DNA of 60,147 bases, from the IMG/VR virus record IMGVR_UViG_3300043433_000128, positions 1 through 60,147 of that record. One strand, written 5' to 3'. Numbering within the stretch: the first letter of the stretch is position 1; the number at the start of each line of letters is the position of its first letter. Below the pieces are notes generated by a model. It saw nothing but the letters and a program-made list of their open reading frames with translations. It did not search any database and was not told the DNA's origin. Positions 20,248 through 31,534 of this stretch are shown here, one piece after another. A program made the position numbers and the translations under genes. This DNA comes from a virus (lineage: Duplodnaviria > Caudoviricetes).

Positions 20248-23200
20248 TTACCACTGTGTTATCTCTGGATATGAAAAGTCAATCGTATTATCTGTTAAAT
20301 ATCTTCTACGTCCTTTGTTATTTCCAACATTTGTGTTATAGTTAGTTAACATTGAACTAGTAATATTATTAATGTTCTTACCTTGTGTTGTGTATTTAGC
20401 ATAAACTTCAATATCAAATTGGAATTCATTTTTACCTAAGTCTAAAATATCGATTCCGATCTTTTTAGCATATGTTAAATTTGTAAATACGTTTGTTGTA
20501 ACTCCACCAACTCTACCAATACCTGAAGATCCAGCACCAAAGTAATCTGTCATTCTATATTGGAAAACTAAGTCTAATGAAATTGCATTTGCGCTTCCAC
20601 CTGGAATAATTTTCTTACCATTTTTATTAGATGCGTTAACAACTAAAGATCCTAAATTAAGAGGCGCAATATATAGGAAAGATCCACAAGATCTACCACC
20701 TAATAAATATTTGTCTTCTGGTGAGAATCCATTTTTAATTGTTGTTCTAACTCCAGCAGATCCAGCATTATTTATAGTATCTAATAATCTAAATGGCGTT
20801 TGTTTCTTACCATGTAAATCATCAGCTCTTAATACTGCAGTTTTTGGCATACCAACCATACCATTACTAGCTATATTGATTGCAGAATTTCCAGAAAGTA
20901 ATAAAGGATGGTCGACATGCATAAATATTCCATTAGAATATGTTTGTTGTCCTACTGTTCCAATAGTTGTTTTATCTGGTGTAGTTCCAGTGGAAGATCC
21001 ATTATCAAATGAACCAGCCCAAATAAAATCAGATGCTAATGCTCCATTGTACGAATAAGCACTAATAGAAGCCGAAGAGAAATCAGTTACTTTTGTTGGT
21101 GAAACTACTGGTTCAGCATTAACACCCCAATTAAACGTTAAACCATACTCATAAGTATCATAACCAGTAGCATCGGATGGATCAACATCGCCGATTGTAT
21201 TCTCATTATACACATATAAATTATCATCATTTGCAATGTTTCTGAATCTTGAATAAATGAATTGACCGTTCAACTGAGTCGACTGATCTGGTCCATTATT
21301 AAAGTAATCTTCAACTGAACCCTGAATATTTTGATAAACTACAGGTACAAGATCATATTTTGCTTCTGACGTGTAATATGTATCGTTTGCATAAGTAGGG
21401 TCCTGAACTCCAGTTCCTAATCCAAATAGAGTATTAGTAGTTGAAACAGCTGCAGGTTTTGTAGTGTCTCCTAATATTCTTGCAATTAATTCTAAATCAG
21501 TTGCTTTAGTATTTGAAAGTTCTATTTTAAAGTTCTTAGTAACAATTGTACCTTTTCCATTTGCCGGAACTTCATTGACATAATATCCTGCAAATAATTG
21601 AACGGTTGTATTATTAGTTACTGGCGTAATGTTTCCATCTTCATCAATAATTCTTACCATTAATTCTCCAGTAGTACCTTCGATCACGGCTCTTAAACTT
21701 AATATTTCGTTTTGCAACGCTAATAGTTTTTCGTAAACAGTGATAGGTGCTTGTTGGTCTGTTAAGAATCCTGAAGCAATTGTATTTGCACTATGTGAAT
21801 ATGTTGTATCTCCAACTGTAAATGATTCTCCAACATGTGTAAATACTCCAGCTGCTTCTAGGTCTTGCTGAATTTGAACTTTTAAAGCATCCATTTCGTT
21901 TGCTTTAATTACAGTTCCTAAAGCATCTGTATTAATTTCACCTTGTGGGAATTCAATTTTGTAAATTTCAGACCATTCAGATTCTACTGGATTCGCAGGG
22001 AAACCAGCTTCTGAAATTGACTTAATCATAAATTCTACAACTTCTCCCGGCGTAATTGATATGTCTAATGAATTGAAGTTAACTGCGTTTGCATCCTCTT
22101 CACTTTCAATAATCCATTCATATTTTCCTTCAGCATTCATTTGTCTCTTTCTGACAGGTCCTAAAACCTCAACCCAGTTTGAGAATGCTGCTGTTTTTTC
22201 GGTTTGATTTGTAGCATCAACGAATTTAATTTGATCGACAGTTGCAGTTTTACCGGTAGTTGAAACATAACGGTATCTAATTTTAAACTGTACAACTTCT
22301 TGGGAAACTTGGTTTCCTATTTTTTTAGGTTCTGGGATAGCCCAAAATCCTCTAACTTTATATTTTGGATCAACTGTCTGTAAATCTGAAGATTCAGCAG
22401 AAGATTTGATTTCAGTAACTACTGAAGAAAACAATTTCGCTTCAGAATCTTTTTGTGAAATTAAAGAGTTAAGCTCATTTTTATGAATGTCTTTCTCTGC
22501 AGTTGAACTAAATTTCTTAGTGTTAATTAGAGATTTCTTTTGTTTGATTGACTCATCTAACTTTTTAAGTGTTTGTTCAGTTGAAATCTTATCAGCCTTA
22601 AGTTGTTTAATCTTATCGGTTGTAGTATTATCAGTAAGATGTTTATTTATTTGAACTACTTTAAAGTTTCCTGTGTCAATTACAGGTGCACTTGGAACAA
22701 TACCAACTGCTGCGGGTGGAATGTAATCTACCTTAAGCGATTTAATAAATTGTCCAAAATCAGAAACCTCATTTTTATAATATTCAGCAAGAGTCATCGT
22801 AACTCCTGACGTATTTGTGATTTCTAATTCATTTGAATAGAAACCAATACCTGGAGAATAGTTTTCTGCTGGTATTTTAGAAATTGGATCGATTGGTTTA
22901 ACAAAGACAACTTGTCTTTCATTAAAACCAACTTTAATTTCAATGTCTAAATTAGTATCTACGTCTTTATAGATTCCTAATTGATTTACTCCTAACTTAA
23001 CAGATTCAGAACCTTCTAATAATAACAACTCAACTTGTGATGTTGAATTATCAATTGAAACGATTTGGTATCTTGTTCTATAATTTCCTGAATTAACGAT
23101 TAATGAATCTCCAACTTTTAGAGTTTCAGTATCTTTAAGAGACTTTGTAGAGTCAGAATATGTTAATTTGTTAAGTGTATATAATTTAACGGTTTTTGTT

Positions 23201-23898
23201 TGAGAAATTCCATCAATAACTTGTGTTTTTTCAGCATTATCGATTTTGATAACGTCCAAAAATCCAGTGTACTGAATCATTCTCATCGGCATATCTAAAA
23301 CTTCAGCATCAATGTAGTGTAAATAACCATTGCTTGCTAATTCGTTTTTAAATGTAGCATAATCAATTTCGCTACCACCTTTATATATTTCGTCGAATGC
23401 AGTTACTGATCCTAAATCATTTTCATTAAATACAAATCTCTCAACATAAACCTTTTCGGTTTCTACTGGAATTTGACCAGTAACATCTAAGTTTACTGTT
23501 AATAATGGATTTAAAAAGTCTTCGAAAAACTCGTTTAATTTTGTACTAAATGTAGTTGGTGCTGCAAGATTTGTAATTGAAGGAGAAGGTCCTTTCAATC
23601 TTGCAGTATGGATAGTTCTATAAGATCCATCCTTTAATCTAACATTTGCATTAGATCCTTCAAGTCCACTAATCGAATTAATATTAGTATTTAAACGCTC
23701 AATTTCTCTCTTCAAATATCCGAATGCCGGTATTTGAATAGTTTCCATTGTGTTTGTCTTACTGTTGAAAAGGTCAATAACCACTGTTTCTTTATCAGTG
23801 GTTATTGCTTCATTAATTCTATTGAATGTTTCTAAAGAGTTAGTGTTTAACTCTAAGAATTGCTCAAGTAATTGTGATATTGAATTGCTAGCGCTCAT
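20248..23898 (-). CDS. Large virion structural protein with coiled-coil and FN3-like segments
   Basis: 1216 aa; coiled coil around aa 425-495 followed by VRGFW...IRYRY...SISEAG...SEWS (FN3-like). Confidence 0.6.
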   Translation of the reverse strand: MSASNSISQLLEQFLELNTNSLETFNRINEAITTDKETVVIDLFNSKTNTMETIQIPAFGYLKREIERLNTNINSISGLEGSNANVRLKDGSYRTIHTARLKGPSPSITNLAAPTTFSTKLNEFFEDFLNPLLTVNLDVTGQIPVETEKVYVERFVFNENDLGSVTAFDEIYKGGSEIDYATFKNELASNGYLHYIDAEVLDMPMRMIQYTGFLDVIKIDNAEKTQVIDGISQTKTVKLYTLNKLTYSDSTKSLKDTETLKVGDSLIVNSGNYRTRYQIVSIDNSTSQVELLLLEGSESVKLGVNQLGIYKDVDTNLDIEIKVGFNERQVVFVKPIDPISKIPAENYSPGIGFYSNELEITNTSGVTMTLAEYYKNEVSDFGQFIKSLKVDYIPPAAVGIVPSAPVIDTGNFKVVQINKHLTDNTTTDKIKQLKADKISTEQTLKKLDESIKQKKSLINTKKFSSTAEKDIHKNELNSLISQKDSEAKLFSSVVTEIKSSAESSDLQTVDPKYKVRGFWAIPEPKKIGNQVSQEVVQFKIRYRYVSTTGKTATVDQIKFVDATNQTEKTAAFSNWVEVLGPVRKRQMNAEGKYEWIIESEEDANAVNFNSLDISITPGEVVEFMIKSISEAGFPANPVESEWSEIYKIEFPQGEINTDALGTVIKANEMDALKVQIQQDLEAAGVFTHVGESFTVGDTTYSHSANTIASGFLTDQQAPITVYEKLLALQNEILSLRAVIEGTTGELMVRIIDEDGNITPVTNNTTVQLFAGYYVNEVPANGKGTIVTKNFKIELSNTKATDLELIARILGDTTKPAAVSTTNTLFGLGTGVQDPTYANDTYYTSEAKYDLVPVVYQNIQGSVEDYFNNGPDQSTQLNGQFIYSRFRNIANDDNLYVYNENTIGDVDPSDATGYDTYEYGLTFNWGVNAEPVVSPTKVTDFSSASISAYSYNGALASDFIWAGSFDNGSSTGTTPDKTTIGTVGQQTYSNGIFMHVDHPLLLSGNSAINIASNGMVGMPKTAVLRADDLHGKKQTPFRLLDTINNAGSAGVRTTIKNGFSPEDKYLLGGRSCGSFLYIAPLNLGSLVVNASNKNGKKIIPGGSANAISLDLVFQYRMTDYFGAGSSGIGRVGGVTTNVFTNLTYAKKIGIDILDLGKNEFQFDIEVYAKYTTQGKNINNITSSMLTNYNTNVGNNKGRRRYLTDNTIDFSYPEITQW

Positions 23899-23899
23899 A

Positions 23900-25840
23900 T
23901 TATCTTATAATTTCAAGTTCAAATGTCTTGTTTATTTCATCGACACATATAAACTCAGCGTATGGTTTTAAACTAAGAATGTTAGAAGTTTCTAAAGATC
24001 CTTTTAAAACCCAACCAGCATGTTTATCAGTGTAGATATTAATTTTGTATGTTCCTAACGATGGTATCGCATTTTTAAAAGCTAGTTTAATAACTTGTCC
24101 TTTTTTCCATGTATTAATACTATCGTCTAGGTATATATTCAAATCTCCTGTTAACACTCCGGAGTTTGTATTAATTCTTAGTAAGTTATCAAATGGCTTA
24201 ATTCTTGTAATCATACCAGTTGAGGCAGTTAAATTTAGGTTAAATAGATTTGAGTTATTTACTAAATTACCTGCAGTTCCTCCAACAATATCATATTCAA
24301 ATATATCATTTAAAGCATATCCATTATTATCATTTAAGATTTTAATGTTTGTTGGGTTCGTTTTATCAATTTTAACCCCATTTCCTGCGATTAAAACATC
24401 AGTGTTATATTGAACTTCAGTTGGTATACTTCCGCTAATAACTTGATTTAATCTAGCATTAACTGAAGTAATCATGTCGATAATTGAAGTTGATGTTGCA
24501 AAATTAAGAGCTGCATTTTCAAGAGCAACTTCTAATTCTGAAATTCTCGCTGCAAAATCAACAGCTTGATTTGATGTCATTAAAACATCTTCAACTTGTG
24601 CCAATCTATCAACAATTGATGCATATCTATTATTTGCTTCGACCATTAATCTTGCTGCATTTTCAAGGGCAGTTGTTGTGTCCAAGAAAATGTCCATTGA
24701 GAACGTCGAGTAATCATTAATGTTTGACTCTAATCCTACATTATCTAATGATGAATTAAATTTAACATTAAGTTTAAGTGCAAATGCATTACCATTTAAA
24801 CCAGTAACATCGTTTGGCTTATATTTGGTTAATTCTGGAATATACCAACCCGTTGTGTTTAGATCATTTTTAAAATTATCTAATAATATGATTCCATATA
24901 GATTCGTACTTCTATTTGCTACATTTGATTTTGAATATAAATCATAATAAACTAAGATTGCATTAAATCTAAAGTCTCCACCTCTTTTAGAATAATCTAA
25001 AAAGTTATTTAATTTAGGGTCAGTTGCAATTTTAGCATATATTGATTGATTCCATTCAATACCGTAATTATATGTGTTTTGATCTAGACTAATTTCACCA
25101 GTACCACCAATACCTACAGAATCAGCAATAGCATCCATTGTTAAATTAGCATCAGGATGTTGTTGTCCAAATCTACCATTGATTGCACCATTATTTAGGT
25201 TAACATCATATGCGCTTGCAGTAGTATTATAGTTAGATGATTTGAATAAAATATCTGGAGTATAACCAACAGAAGATGGAACGTTTACAAATATTTCATT
25301 GTAAGTATTTCCTTGATAGTTTTTATCATTCGAAACGTCGATATTTCCAAGGTATTTTACAAGTCTATTGTAATTATTACCAGCATTTGTAGTATCTTCA
25401 TTTTCGATTGCTCTTGAATATCCTGAAACTACTTGTTGTGAGTTTGCAGGTTTTACAGTAAAAGCACCTAAATGATGTAGCCATTTAAAGAAAACCTTTT
25501 CAGCGTCAGAAGAATAGATTGAACTATCAAAATCATCATCATTTAAGATAAAATTTTCAAAGTTCAATGCATAATTTTGCATTGTTTGGGCAAAATTCAC
25601 ATTTGCATCGGCATTTGGGATATACTGAGACCCAGAAGCTTGGTACATGTTTTTAAATTCAATGTAATTCTCACCGTTAGATAGTGTAGAAACGACAGGA
25701 AGCTCTAACAATGCAAACTTAGAATACTCAAAATTAATATCTGGGTTATAATAAGCTCTTGTAAGATCCCTTGCTGCACTTGAAAACGCGTACATAGTTC
25801 CTCCTTGTTCTTGAGGTATTCTTATTAATGGTGTTGCCAT
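23900..25840 (-). CDS. Virion structural protein
   Basis: 646 aa with a central coiled coil, in the baseplate operon. Confidence 0.55.
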   Translation of the reverse strand: MATPLIRIPQEQGGTMYAFSSAARDLTRAYYNPDINFEYSKFALLELPVVSTLSNGENYIEFKNMYQASGSQYIPNADANVNFAQTMQNYALNFENFILNDDDFDSSIYSSDAEKVFFKWLHHLGAFTVKPANSQQVVSGYSRAIENEDTTNAGNNYNRLVKYLGNIDVSNDKNYQGNTYNEIFVNVPSSVGYTPDILFKSSNYNTTASAYDVNLNNGAINGRFGQQHPDANLTMDAIADSVGIGGTGEISLDQNTYNYGIEWNQSIYAKIATDPKLNNFLDYSKRGGDFRFNAILVYYDLYSKSNVANRSTNLYGIILLDNFKNDLNTTGWYIPELTKYKPNDVTGLNGNAFALKLNVKFNSSLDNVGLESNINDYSTFSMDIFLDTTTALENAARLMVEANNRYASIVDRLAQVEDVLMTSNQAVDFAARISELEVALENAALNFATSTSIIDMITSVNARLNQVISGSIPTEVQYNTDVLIAGNGVKIDKTNPTNIKILNDNNGYALNDIFEYDIVGGTAGNLVNNSNLFNLNLTASTGMITRIKPFDNLLRINTNSGVLTGDLNIYLDDSINTWKKGQVIKLAFKNAIPSLGTYKINIYTDKHAGWVLKGSLETSNILSLKPYAEFICVDEINKTFELEIIR

Positions 25841-25862
25841 TTAAGCTTGATTTTTATTTTTA

Positions 25863-26426
25863 TTAATATACAACTATAGAATTCATCGCTGAAATAACAT
25901 AGAATAAATCAGTGATTGTAGAATATCTAAGTGTGATTGATCCTCCGTCCAAAACATCGATAGAAGTTGCTCCAGCGAAATTAGTAACATCAAATGCAAT
26001 ATCTCCACCTGAAGGAATTAATACAATTTCTTGTCCATTTTCAGCAGCAGAAAGTATAATTGGTGCAGAAAATTGAGGAGCATCTAAAATATAAGTTGCA
26101 GCATCATAACTTCCAGTAGGAAGTGTAAGTACTCCATCTTCGATAGAAGCGACTAATCCTTTATTAAAGAAAGCTTTTTGGGTGAACGTAGATTCTACAT
26201 TAGCGATTAATTCAGTTGTAGTAACTTTGAAGGTATCGATTGTTCCATTGTTTACTTTCAATGTACCACCTTTAACTTCTCCTGTTAATGAAAGAGTCTG
26301 AGTAGTTGTGTTCAATAACGATGCAATATCTGCTAATTCAGAGTTTAGAGCATTAAAATTGTTATTAATTACAATTCTAGACGAAGAAACACTATCAGTT
26401 CCTAAGATTGTTGTTATACTTGCCAT
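25863..26426 (-). CDS. Short fibre/baseplate appendage protein
   Basis: N-terminal ITTILGTDS...INNNFNAL anchor like the two fibres; beta-rich C-terminus. Confidence 0.55.
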   Translation of the reverse strand: MASITTILGTDSVSSSRIVINNNFNALNSELADIASLLNTTTQTLSLTGEVKGGTLKVNNGTIDTFKVTTTELIANVESTFTQKAFFNKGLVASIEDGVLTLPTGSYDAATYILDAPQFSAPIILSAAENGQEIVLIPSGGDIAFDVTNFAGATSIDVLDGGSITLRYSTITDLFYVISAMNSIVVY

Positions 26427-26427
26427 T

Positions 26428-29400
26428 TTAAATGATTTTTAATATATTTTTATTTATTGTGTTTTTATTTCCATTAACATCAGTTAACTCTAATTCAATA
26501 TTATAGTCTCCTTTATGTTTAAATAAGTATGTCAACCACATATTACTATAATATATATCATCAATATTTTGACTAATATTTTTTAATGTCCATTTTTGAG
26601 ATACTATCCCAGGCATATTAGTGGTATCGAAAGAAAATGTAACATGATTTAACATGTTAACTTCCATGTGGGTGTCAATAATACATATATCATTGAAATC
26701 TGGGTTATAACTCGTAAAATGAATTTCAGAACCTGCAACTATTACACCACCCGAAATTAAAGAAGCTATTTCAAATTCAGCATCTCCACCACCTGTTGGT
26801 ATTTTTACAAGATCATTTATTGTATATCCAAATCCTTGATTTGAAATTCCAAATGTATCAATAGCACCTGCAATATCTGAAAAGATATCGATAGTTAAAC
26901 CAGACCCTGTACCGTATACTGTAGGTTGATTTAATCCTGGCGAATATCCTGTACCTGGTGCTGTTAATATTATCGAATCAACTACTCCACTTACTAAAAA
27001 CCCAACACTAGAAAAATCATGTGTTCTAGAAGGTTCTTGAGCTACTGCAAGTATGTAAGTACATTCATCATTAATTCCATCTCCATTATTATCAACTAAA
27101 ACTGGGTTAAAGTTAAACTTTGAAAATAAAGGATGCGCTGTTGCACTTAATCCTGAAAGTTCATTAGCAACGTTAATCCAAGCAGTCAAATCTGTTGAAC
27201 CAGTAGGATATGTTGATGTTATTTGATATGTATCTGTTATTTCAATGTTTGTGACTGGATCAATTTGCTTAATATACATTGTAGAATATTGGTTCGAATG
27301 ACCCATATCCTGTCTAATGTCGAATTTAAACGAAGAGTTAATGTCAGCACCGACTCTCATCATGTCCCAATTAACTTCTTCACCATCATTCCAAATATGT
27401 GTTTTTAATTCTTTCCATTGGTATGGTCCTGCTGTTTCATTAAATCCTGAAACTGTTGAATTATCAACATATCTTCTAACAGTTGAGAACTCTACCCCAT
27501 TTTCAACATCGTGAACATAGTTTGCCCTGTCTAAAGTTAAATAGTATGTCGCTATAATACTATCAATGTCTGCTGTGTTCTCTCTAGACCAATCCCAGTC
27601 ACTACCTGCTACATCATAAGAATATTTGTATTGATTCCAATTTAATTTAGGAAGCATTCTTTGGAATAATCCATAAACTTCAACATTCTTGCTTTTTACT
27701 TCAAAATAGTCAGCAGCTTTATAAGAACTTCTTACATTATATAAATCATAAATTGCTAGTTCTACTGAATAATTCCCAGTATATGGAAGGACTATCGGAA
27801 ATTGTTGGTATTCTGGATGAAATTCTCCAGCATTATCAACATATCCAACACCACCTCTAAATGATTTTAAATATCCATTAGGTCCTGAAATTATCCATTC
27901 CATTTCATAGATTCCTTGTTTCCACCAGTTCTCCCATGTTAATAGGTGATTTCCAGTATCATCAGCATCCATATATGAAAATTCTGCAGAGTCCCATGAA
28001 TCAATAAATGATTCCGCATTTAATATTACTGGACATCCTACTGGAATCCCAACTAATGTATTAAATGTTGACATGTCAGTATTGTAATATCCATTATAGA
28101 AGTTTTGGATCGATTCGCTAATTTGTTCTCTATCCGTATTTGTAAGAGCTCCAAAATCTTGATAAATTCCAGTTAATCTATAATCAACCTTTCTTAAATC
28201 TTCAATAAATAATTGTCTCTCCTTTGGAAATCTACTAAAATCAACATTTTGTCCAGCGTTCTGTACTTTTATTGAGTGTTGGTTGTTCCAAACATTTAAG
28301 TTAAATTGAGAAAAGTAATCCCCTTCTCCAGTAATATCAACTATTTTTGCTTGAAGAGGTAGAAAATCTTTTTGAAGCTTATTCTTAAGTCCATATAATT
28401 TTATTAATACTTCGTCTGGAGAATAATCTGTCGATTCTTTAACTGTTGGGATATCCCATTCGTCAACTCCGCCGTCAGCCTCATTTAAACGATAAACAAT
28501 ACTAAAACGACTTGTCTTTTTAAGGTTAGAACTTGGAAGTTCATGTCCTTTATTTTTATCTGCTAAAAATCCAACAGCATCTTGATTTGGTACAGCAACT
28601 GCTTTTAATTTACCAAAGTTTTCAGATTGCTCGTTGATGTTTAACCAGTATTCTTTTAGGGTTAAGTTACTATAACCAAAGAAATCGATCGCATTTAAGA
28701 TCGCTTTATATGTTCCAATAAATGGTTTAATAGTACTTGCTTGTAATAATAACTCCTTTCTTTTTTGGTTTAATAACAACCAGTCTGGAGCCAATTCTTT
28801 AATATCTGAATCCTTAAGAATCATATAATCCTCAGGGCTTAATGTCATGCCGATATTTGAAAGCAATACTGCTAATCTTTCATCTTCCTCTTCAGTTTCT
28901 CCATAAATTCTAATTGTTGCAATAAGAGTTTCATTTCCATTTGCATCAATTTCAGTTATATCTAAAAGTCTAGTGTGGAAGTTGTCCTCATTACTCATTA
29001 GAGCAACATTACATTTAATCGGGCTTAATGGAAGAGAATTATTGATTATCTTTACACCATTTGAATTAACACCAGATGATTCACTAGAATCTAAAAGGGT
29101 AAATGTTTGAATACTATCCCTTTGAATCTCTAATTGACCGTCATTATTCTTTGTGCTATATAAAAATATGTCTTCACTAAAATCATATCCACTAAAAAAT
29201 TCAAACTTAAATGAACTAGTACCAAGATTTTCAGATATTGGAGTAACAAATTTAGTATTTCCTAAAGGTCCTACAACCTCTTCTAAAATATAAATTGTTA
29301 GAGTCTCGTACAAACCAACAGACACATTTGGTAAATAACAAACACCCTCCCATATATTCTTTTCAGAACTATATAGAAGGTTAAGGTCGTTGGACTCACT

Positions 29401-29430
29401 GTCAAAGAATCTTAAATTTTTATATGCCAT
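26428..29430 (-). CDS. Baseplate wedge protein (gp7-like) with PKD-like domains
   Basis: GTYKAILNAIDFFGY motif, GxYxVEL PKD-like ends; lies downstream of gp6/gp25 homologs. Confidence 0.65.
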   Translation of the reverse strand: MAYKNLRFFDSESNDLNLLYSSEKNIWEGVCYLPNVSVGLYETLTIYILEEVVGPLGNTKFVTPISENLGTSSFKFEFFSGYDFSEDIFLYSTKNNDGQLEIQRDSIQTFTLLDSSESSGVNSNGVKIINNSLPLSPIKCNVALMSNEDNFHTRLLDITEIDANGNETLIATIRIYGETEEEDERLAVLLSNIGMTLSPEDYMILKDSDIKELAPDWLLLNQKRKELLLQASTIKPFIGTYKAILNAIDFFGYSNLTLKEYWLNINEQSENFGKLKAVAVPNQDAVGFLADKNKGHELPSSNLKKTSRFSIVYRLNEADGGVDEWDIPTVKESTDYSPDEVLIKLYGLKNKLQKDFLPLQAKIVDITGEGDYFSQFNLNVWNNQHSIKVQNAGQNVDFSRFPKERQLFIEDLRKVDYRLTGIYQDFGALTNTDREQISESIQNFYNGYYNTDMSTFNTLVGIPVGCPVILNAESFIDSWDSAEFSYMDADDTGNHLLTWENWWKQGIYEMEWIISGPNGYLKSFRGGVGYVDNAGEFHPEYQQFPIVLPYTGNYSVELAIYDLYNVRSSYKAADYFEVKSKNVEVYGLFQRMLPKLNWNQYKYSYDVAGSDWDWSRENTADIDSIIATYYLTLDRANYVHDVENGVEFSTVRRYVDNSTVSGFNETAGPYQWKELKTHIWNDGEEVNWDMMRVGADINSSFKFDIRQDMGHSNQYSTMYIKQIDPVTNIEITDTYQITSTYPTGSTDLTAWINVANELSGLSATAHPLFSKFNFNPVLVDNNGDGINDECTYILAVAQEPSRTHDFSSVGFLVSGVVDSIILTAPGTGYSPGLNQPTVYGTGSGLTIDIFSDIAGAIDTFGISNQGFGYTINDLVKIPTGGGDAEFEIASLISGGVIVAGSEIHFTSYNPDFNDICIIDTHMEVNMLNHVTFSFDTTNMPGIVSQKWTLKNISQNIDDIYYSNMWLTYLFKHKGDYNIELELTDVNGNKNTINKNILKII

Positions 29431-29432
29431 TT

Positions 29433-29702
29433 TTATTTAACTTTTTTATCGTTCTTTCTAATAGTAAACGATTTGTATGCTTTTAAGTATGTTACTGAAT
29501 CTACCCAGTCCGCAACAACATGCTGGATTAGGATTATAAAGTCATTCATTGTATCATTCCTTTGTATGTATTTAGATACTGAATTTATAAGCATGTTTTC
29601 ACGGTAGTCATTTCCTTCATGAAGCCTTTGGTCCACTGCAGATAATCTACTGTCATATGATTTTACCTTTCGTACTCTAAATAAATTACTAAATAAATCC
29701 AT
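29433..29702 (-). CDS. Hypothetical baseplate-associated protein
   Basis: 89 aa, translationally coupled between gp6- and gp7-like genes. Confidence 0.6.
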   Translation of the reverse strand: MDLFSNLFRVRKVKSYDSRLSAVDQRLHEGNDYRENMLINSVSKYIQRNDTMNDFIILIQHVVADWVDSVTYLKAYKSFTIRKNDKKVK

Positions 29703-31522
29703 TATAGTGCTTTTCTATTTTGTGCTTGTACTCTACTAAAAATAGTATTCGGTACTGGTGGCTCATCAAAGTAAATTGAAAGTGCTGCCATTTCTCCCAT
29801 TTTCGCGTCATCTAAAACAACTGCTCCATCTCGATCTTTCCAACCTCCTCTGAATAAAGCAACCTCTTCTTTCTCAAGAATAATATCACCAAAAGAATCA
29901 AGGTTAATTACATTTTCTGGTAAAGCAGCTCCTTGTTCAAAGTTTACATTATTTACAGTAACAGTTCTTTTAAAGAATACGTATCTTTGTTTTCCATTTC
30001 CTATATCTTCAAGAATTGGAGTACTTGGTGTAACTGTAACAGTTTCACTTGTGTAATATCCATTTCGTCTAGCAGTTTCCTCTTTCTCTGAAACAAATCT
30101 AACATTTACTGAATCAATACCCTCAACTCCTTCTAAAAGAGCAATAATATCTGATTTTGGTAAACGATCTCTTCTTGTGATATTAATTAAATAGTCCGAT
30201 ATTTTAGAACGAATAGAAGTATAAAGATTTGCTTTATTGAATCCTTCGAAATAACGAACTTTAATATCCATTCTAAATAATTGAACTTTGGGTTCAACAA
30301 TTTTTACTTCAGTTGTTACCATTTGTTGTCCTGATTCCTCAAGAACTTTTAATATTCCGTTCTTCTCATCTTCAGAAAAGAAAAACTCTTCTTGATTAAT
30401 ATTAAAATAATCATTGTTTTTTGTAAGTTTTCTTGCAGTGTCTGGCAACATGAACAAATAAATTACATTATCATCATCAATATAACCATCTTCTGTTGTA
30501 TTGTACGCATCTAAATAAGAGAACATTCCATATCTTGAAAGAAATGATTCATAATTTTCAGGAGTAGCTAAAACAAAAGAGTGACTTTGCATTGGTGCAA
30601 TTAATTTAGTCAACTCAATAGGCTCTGGATCAGAACCCATAACAGGTGCTGTTGTGAATGATGCTTCTAATAATTGATTCAAATTATACGAATTTCCTAA
30701 AGAATCGAATCCTTCAGTTTCAAATTTAAAACCAAGGTCTTTAGAACCTGTTAAATTACCTTTAGATCCTTCAGTGATTACGTATTCAATACTAATACTA
30801 GAACCTTCAGGTGGAATCATACCAAAAGAACCATTTCCAAAATAAATATCAAGTCCTCCAGTAATACCGGTTTTAACCATATATCCTTTAGTATTGGCTT
30901 TCATGTCATACAGCGAATCATATTTTGTCCAAAGTTCGCTATTAACACTAACTTTAACCGAATGGTGATCTGTATTCTTTTTGATAATTAAATTAAATGA
31001 TTGTAATTTAGCACCAGTACCTGTAACTCCCTGTTTCTCAACTTTACCTTGAACAACCGGAATATAAATATATTCTGGGTTGCTTTTTTCAATTCTAAAT
31101 TGATCGTTGTTTGTTTTTAAAACGTAAGGTAAATTATTTTTAGTCGACTTAATAATTGTATTCGCTGGAATATTGATGGAGTCTCCTGCTATTTCATTAA
31201 AAGCACTAGTATTTAATCTTACTTTAATTTCTCCAATTGCTGAAGTTCCTCTAAATGGGTCATGACCTGCAAGTCTTGCAAGTCCATATATAGATTCTGG
31301 ATTTTGAGCTGTTAAAATGTTTTGCTCAACTGTAGCATCTTCAATGTAAAAGAAAACTAAGTTTGTAAGTTCTGTTAATACCTCAATAATTTGAGCGAAC
31401 GGTGATGATGTTGAAAACAAATCACCAGATCGACCATATAATCTACTAATATATGTCTTGGTATCAGCCAACATTTCGCTAGATTTAATCCTAGCCTTTG
31501 ATAAAAATTTAAGTTCTGCCAT
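29702..31522 (-). CDS. Baseplate wedge subunit, T4 gp6-like
   Basis: TAQNPESIYGLARLAG, IYFGNGSFGMIP, GSDPEPIE...AP, LATPENYE; follows gp25. Confidence 0.85.
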   Translation of the reverse strand: MAELKFLSKARIKSSEMLADTKTYISRLYGRSGDLFSTSSPFAQIIEVLTELTNLVFFYIEDATVEQNILTAQNPESIYGLARLAGHDPFRGTSAIGEIKVRLNTSAFNEIAGDSINIPANTIIKSTKNNLPYVLKTNNDQFRIEKSNPEYIYIPVVQGKVEKQGVTGTGAKLQSFNLIIKKNTDHHSVKVSVNSELWTKYDSLYDMKANTKGYMVKTGITGGLDIYFGNGSFGMIPPEGSSISIEYVITEGSKGNLTGSKDLGFKFETEGFDSLGNSYNLNQLLEASFTTAPVMGSDPEPIELTKLIAPMQSHSFVLATPENYESFLSRYGMFSYLDAYNTTEDGYIDDDNVIYLFMLPDTARKLTKNNDYFNINQEEFFFSEDEKNGILKVLEESGQQMVTTEVKIVEPKVQLFRMDIKVRYFEGFNKANLYTSIRSKISDYLINITRRDRLPKSDIIALLEGVEGIDSVNVRFVSEKEETARRNGYYTSETVTVTPSTPILEDIGNGKQRYVFFKRTVTVNNVNFEQGAALPENVINLDSFGDIILEKEEVALFRGGWKDRDGAVVLDDAKMGEMAALSIYFDEPPVPNTIFSRVQAQNRKAL

Positions 31523-31534
31523 CTTATTTATATT

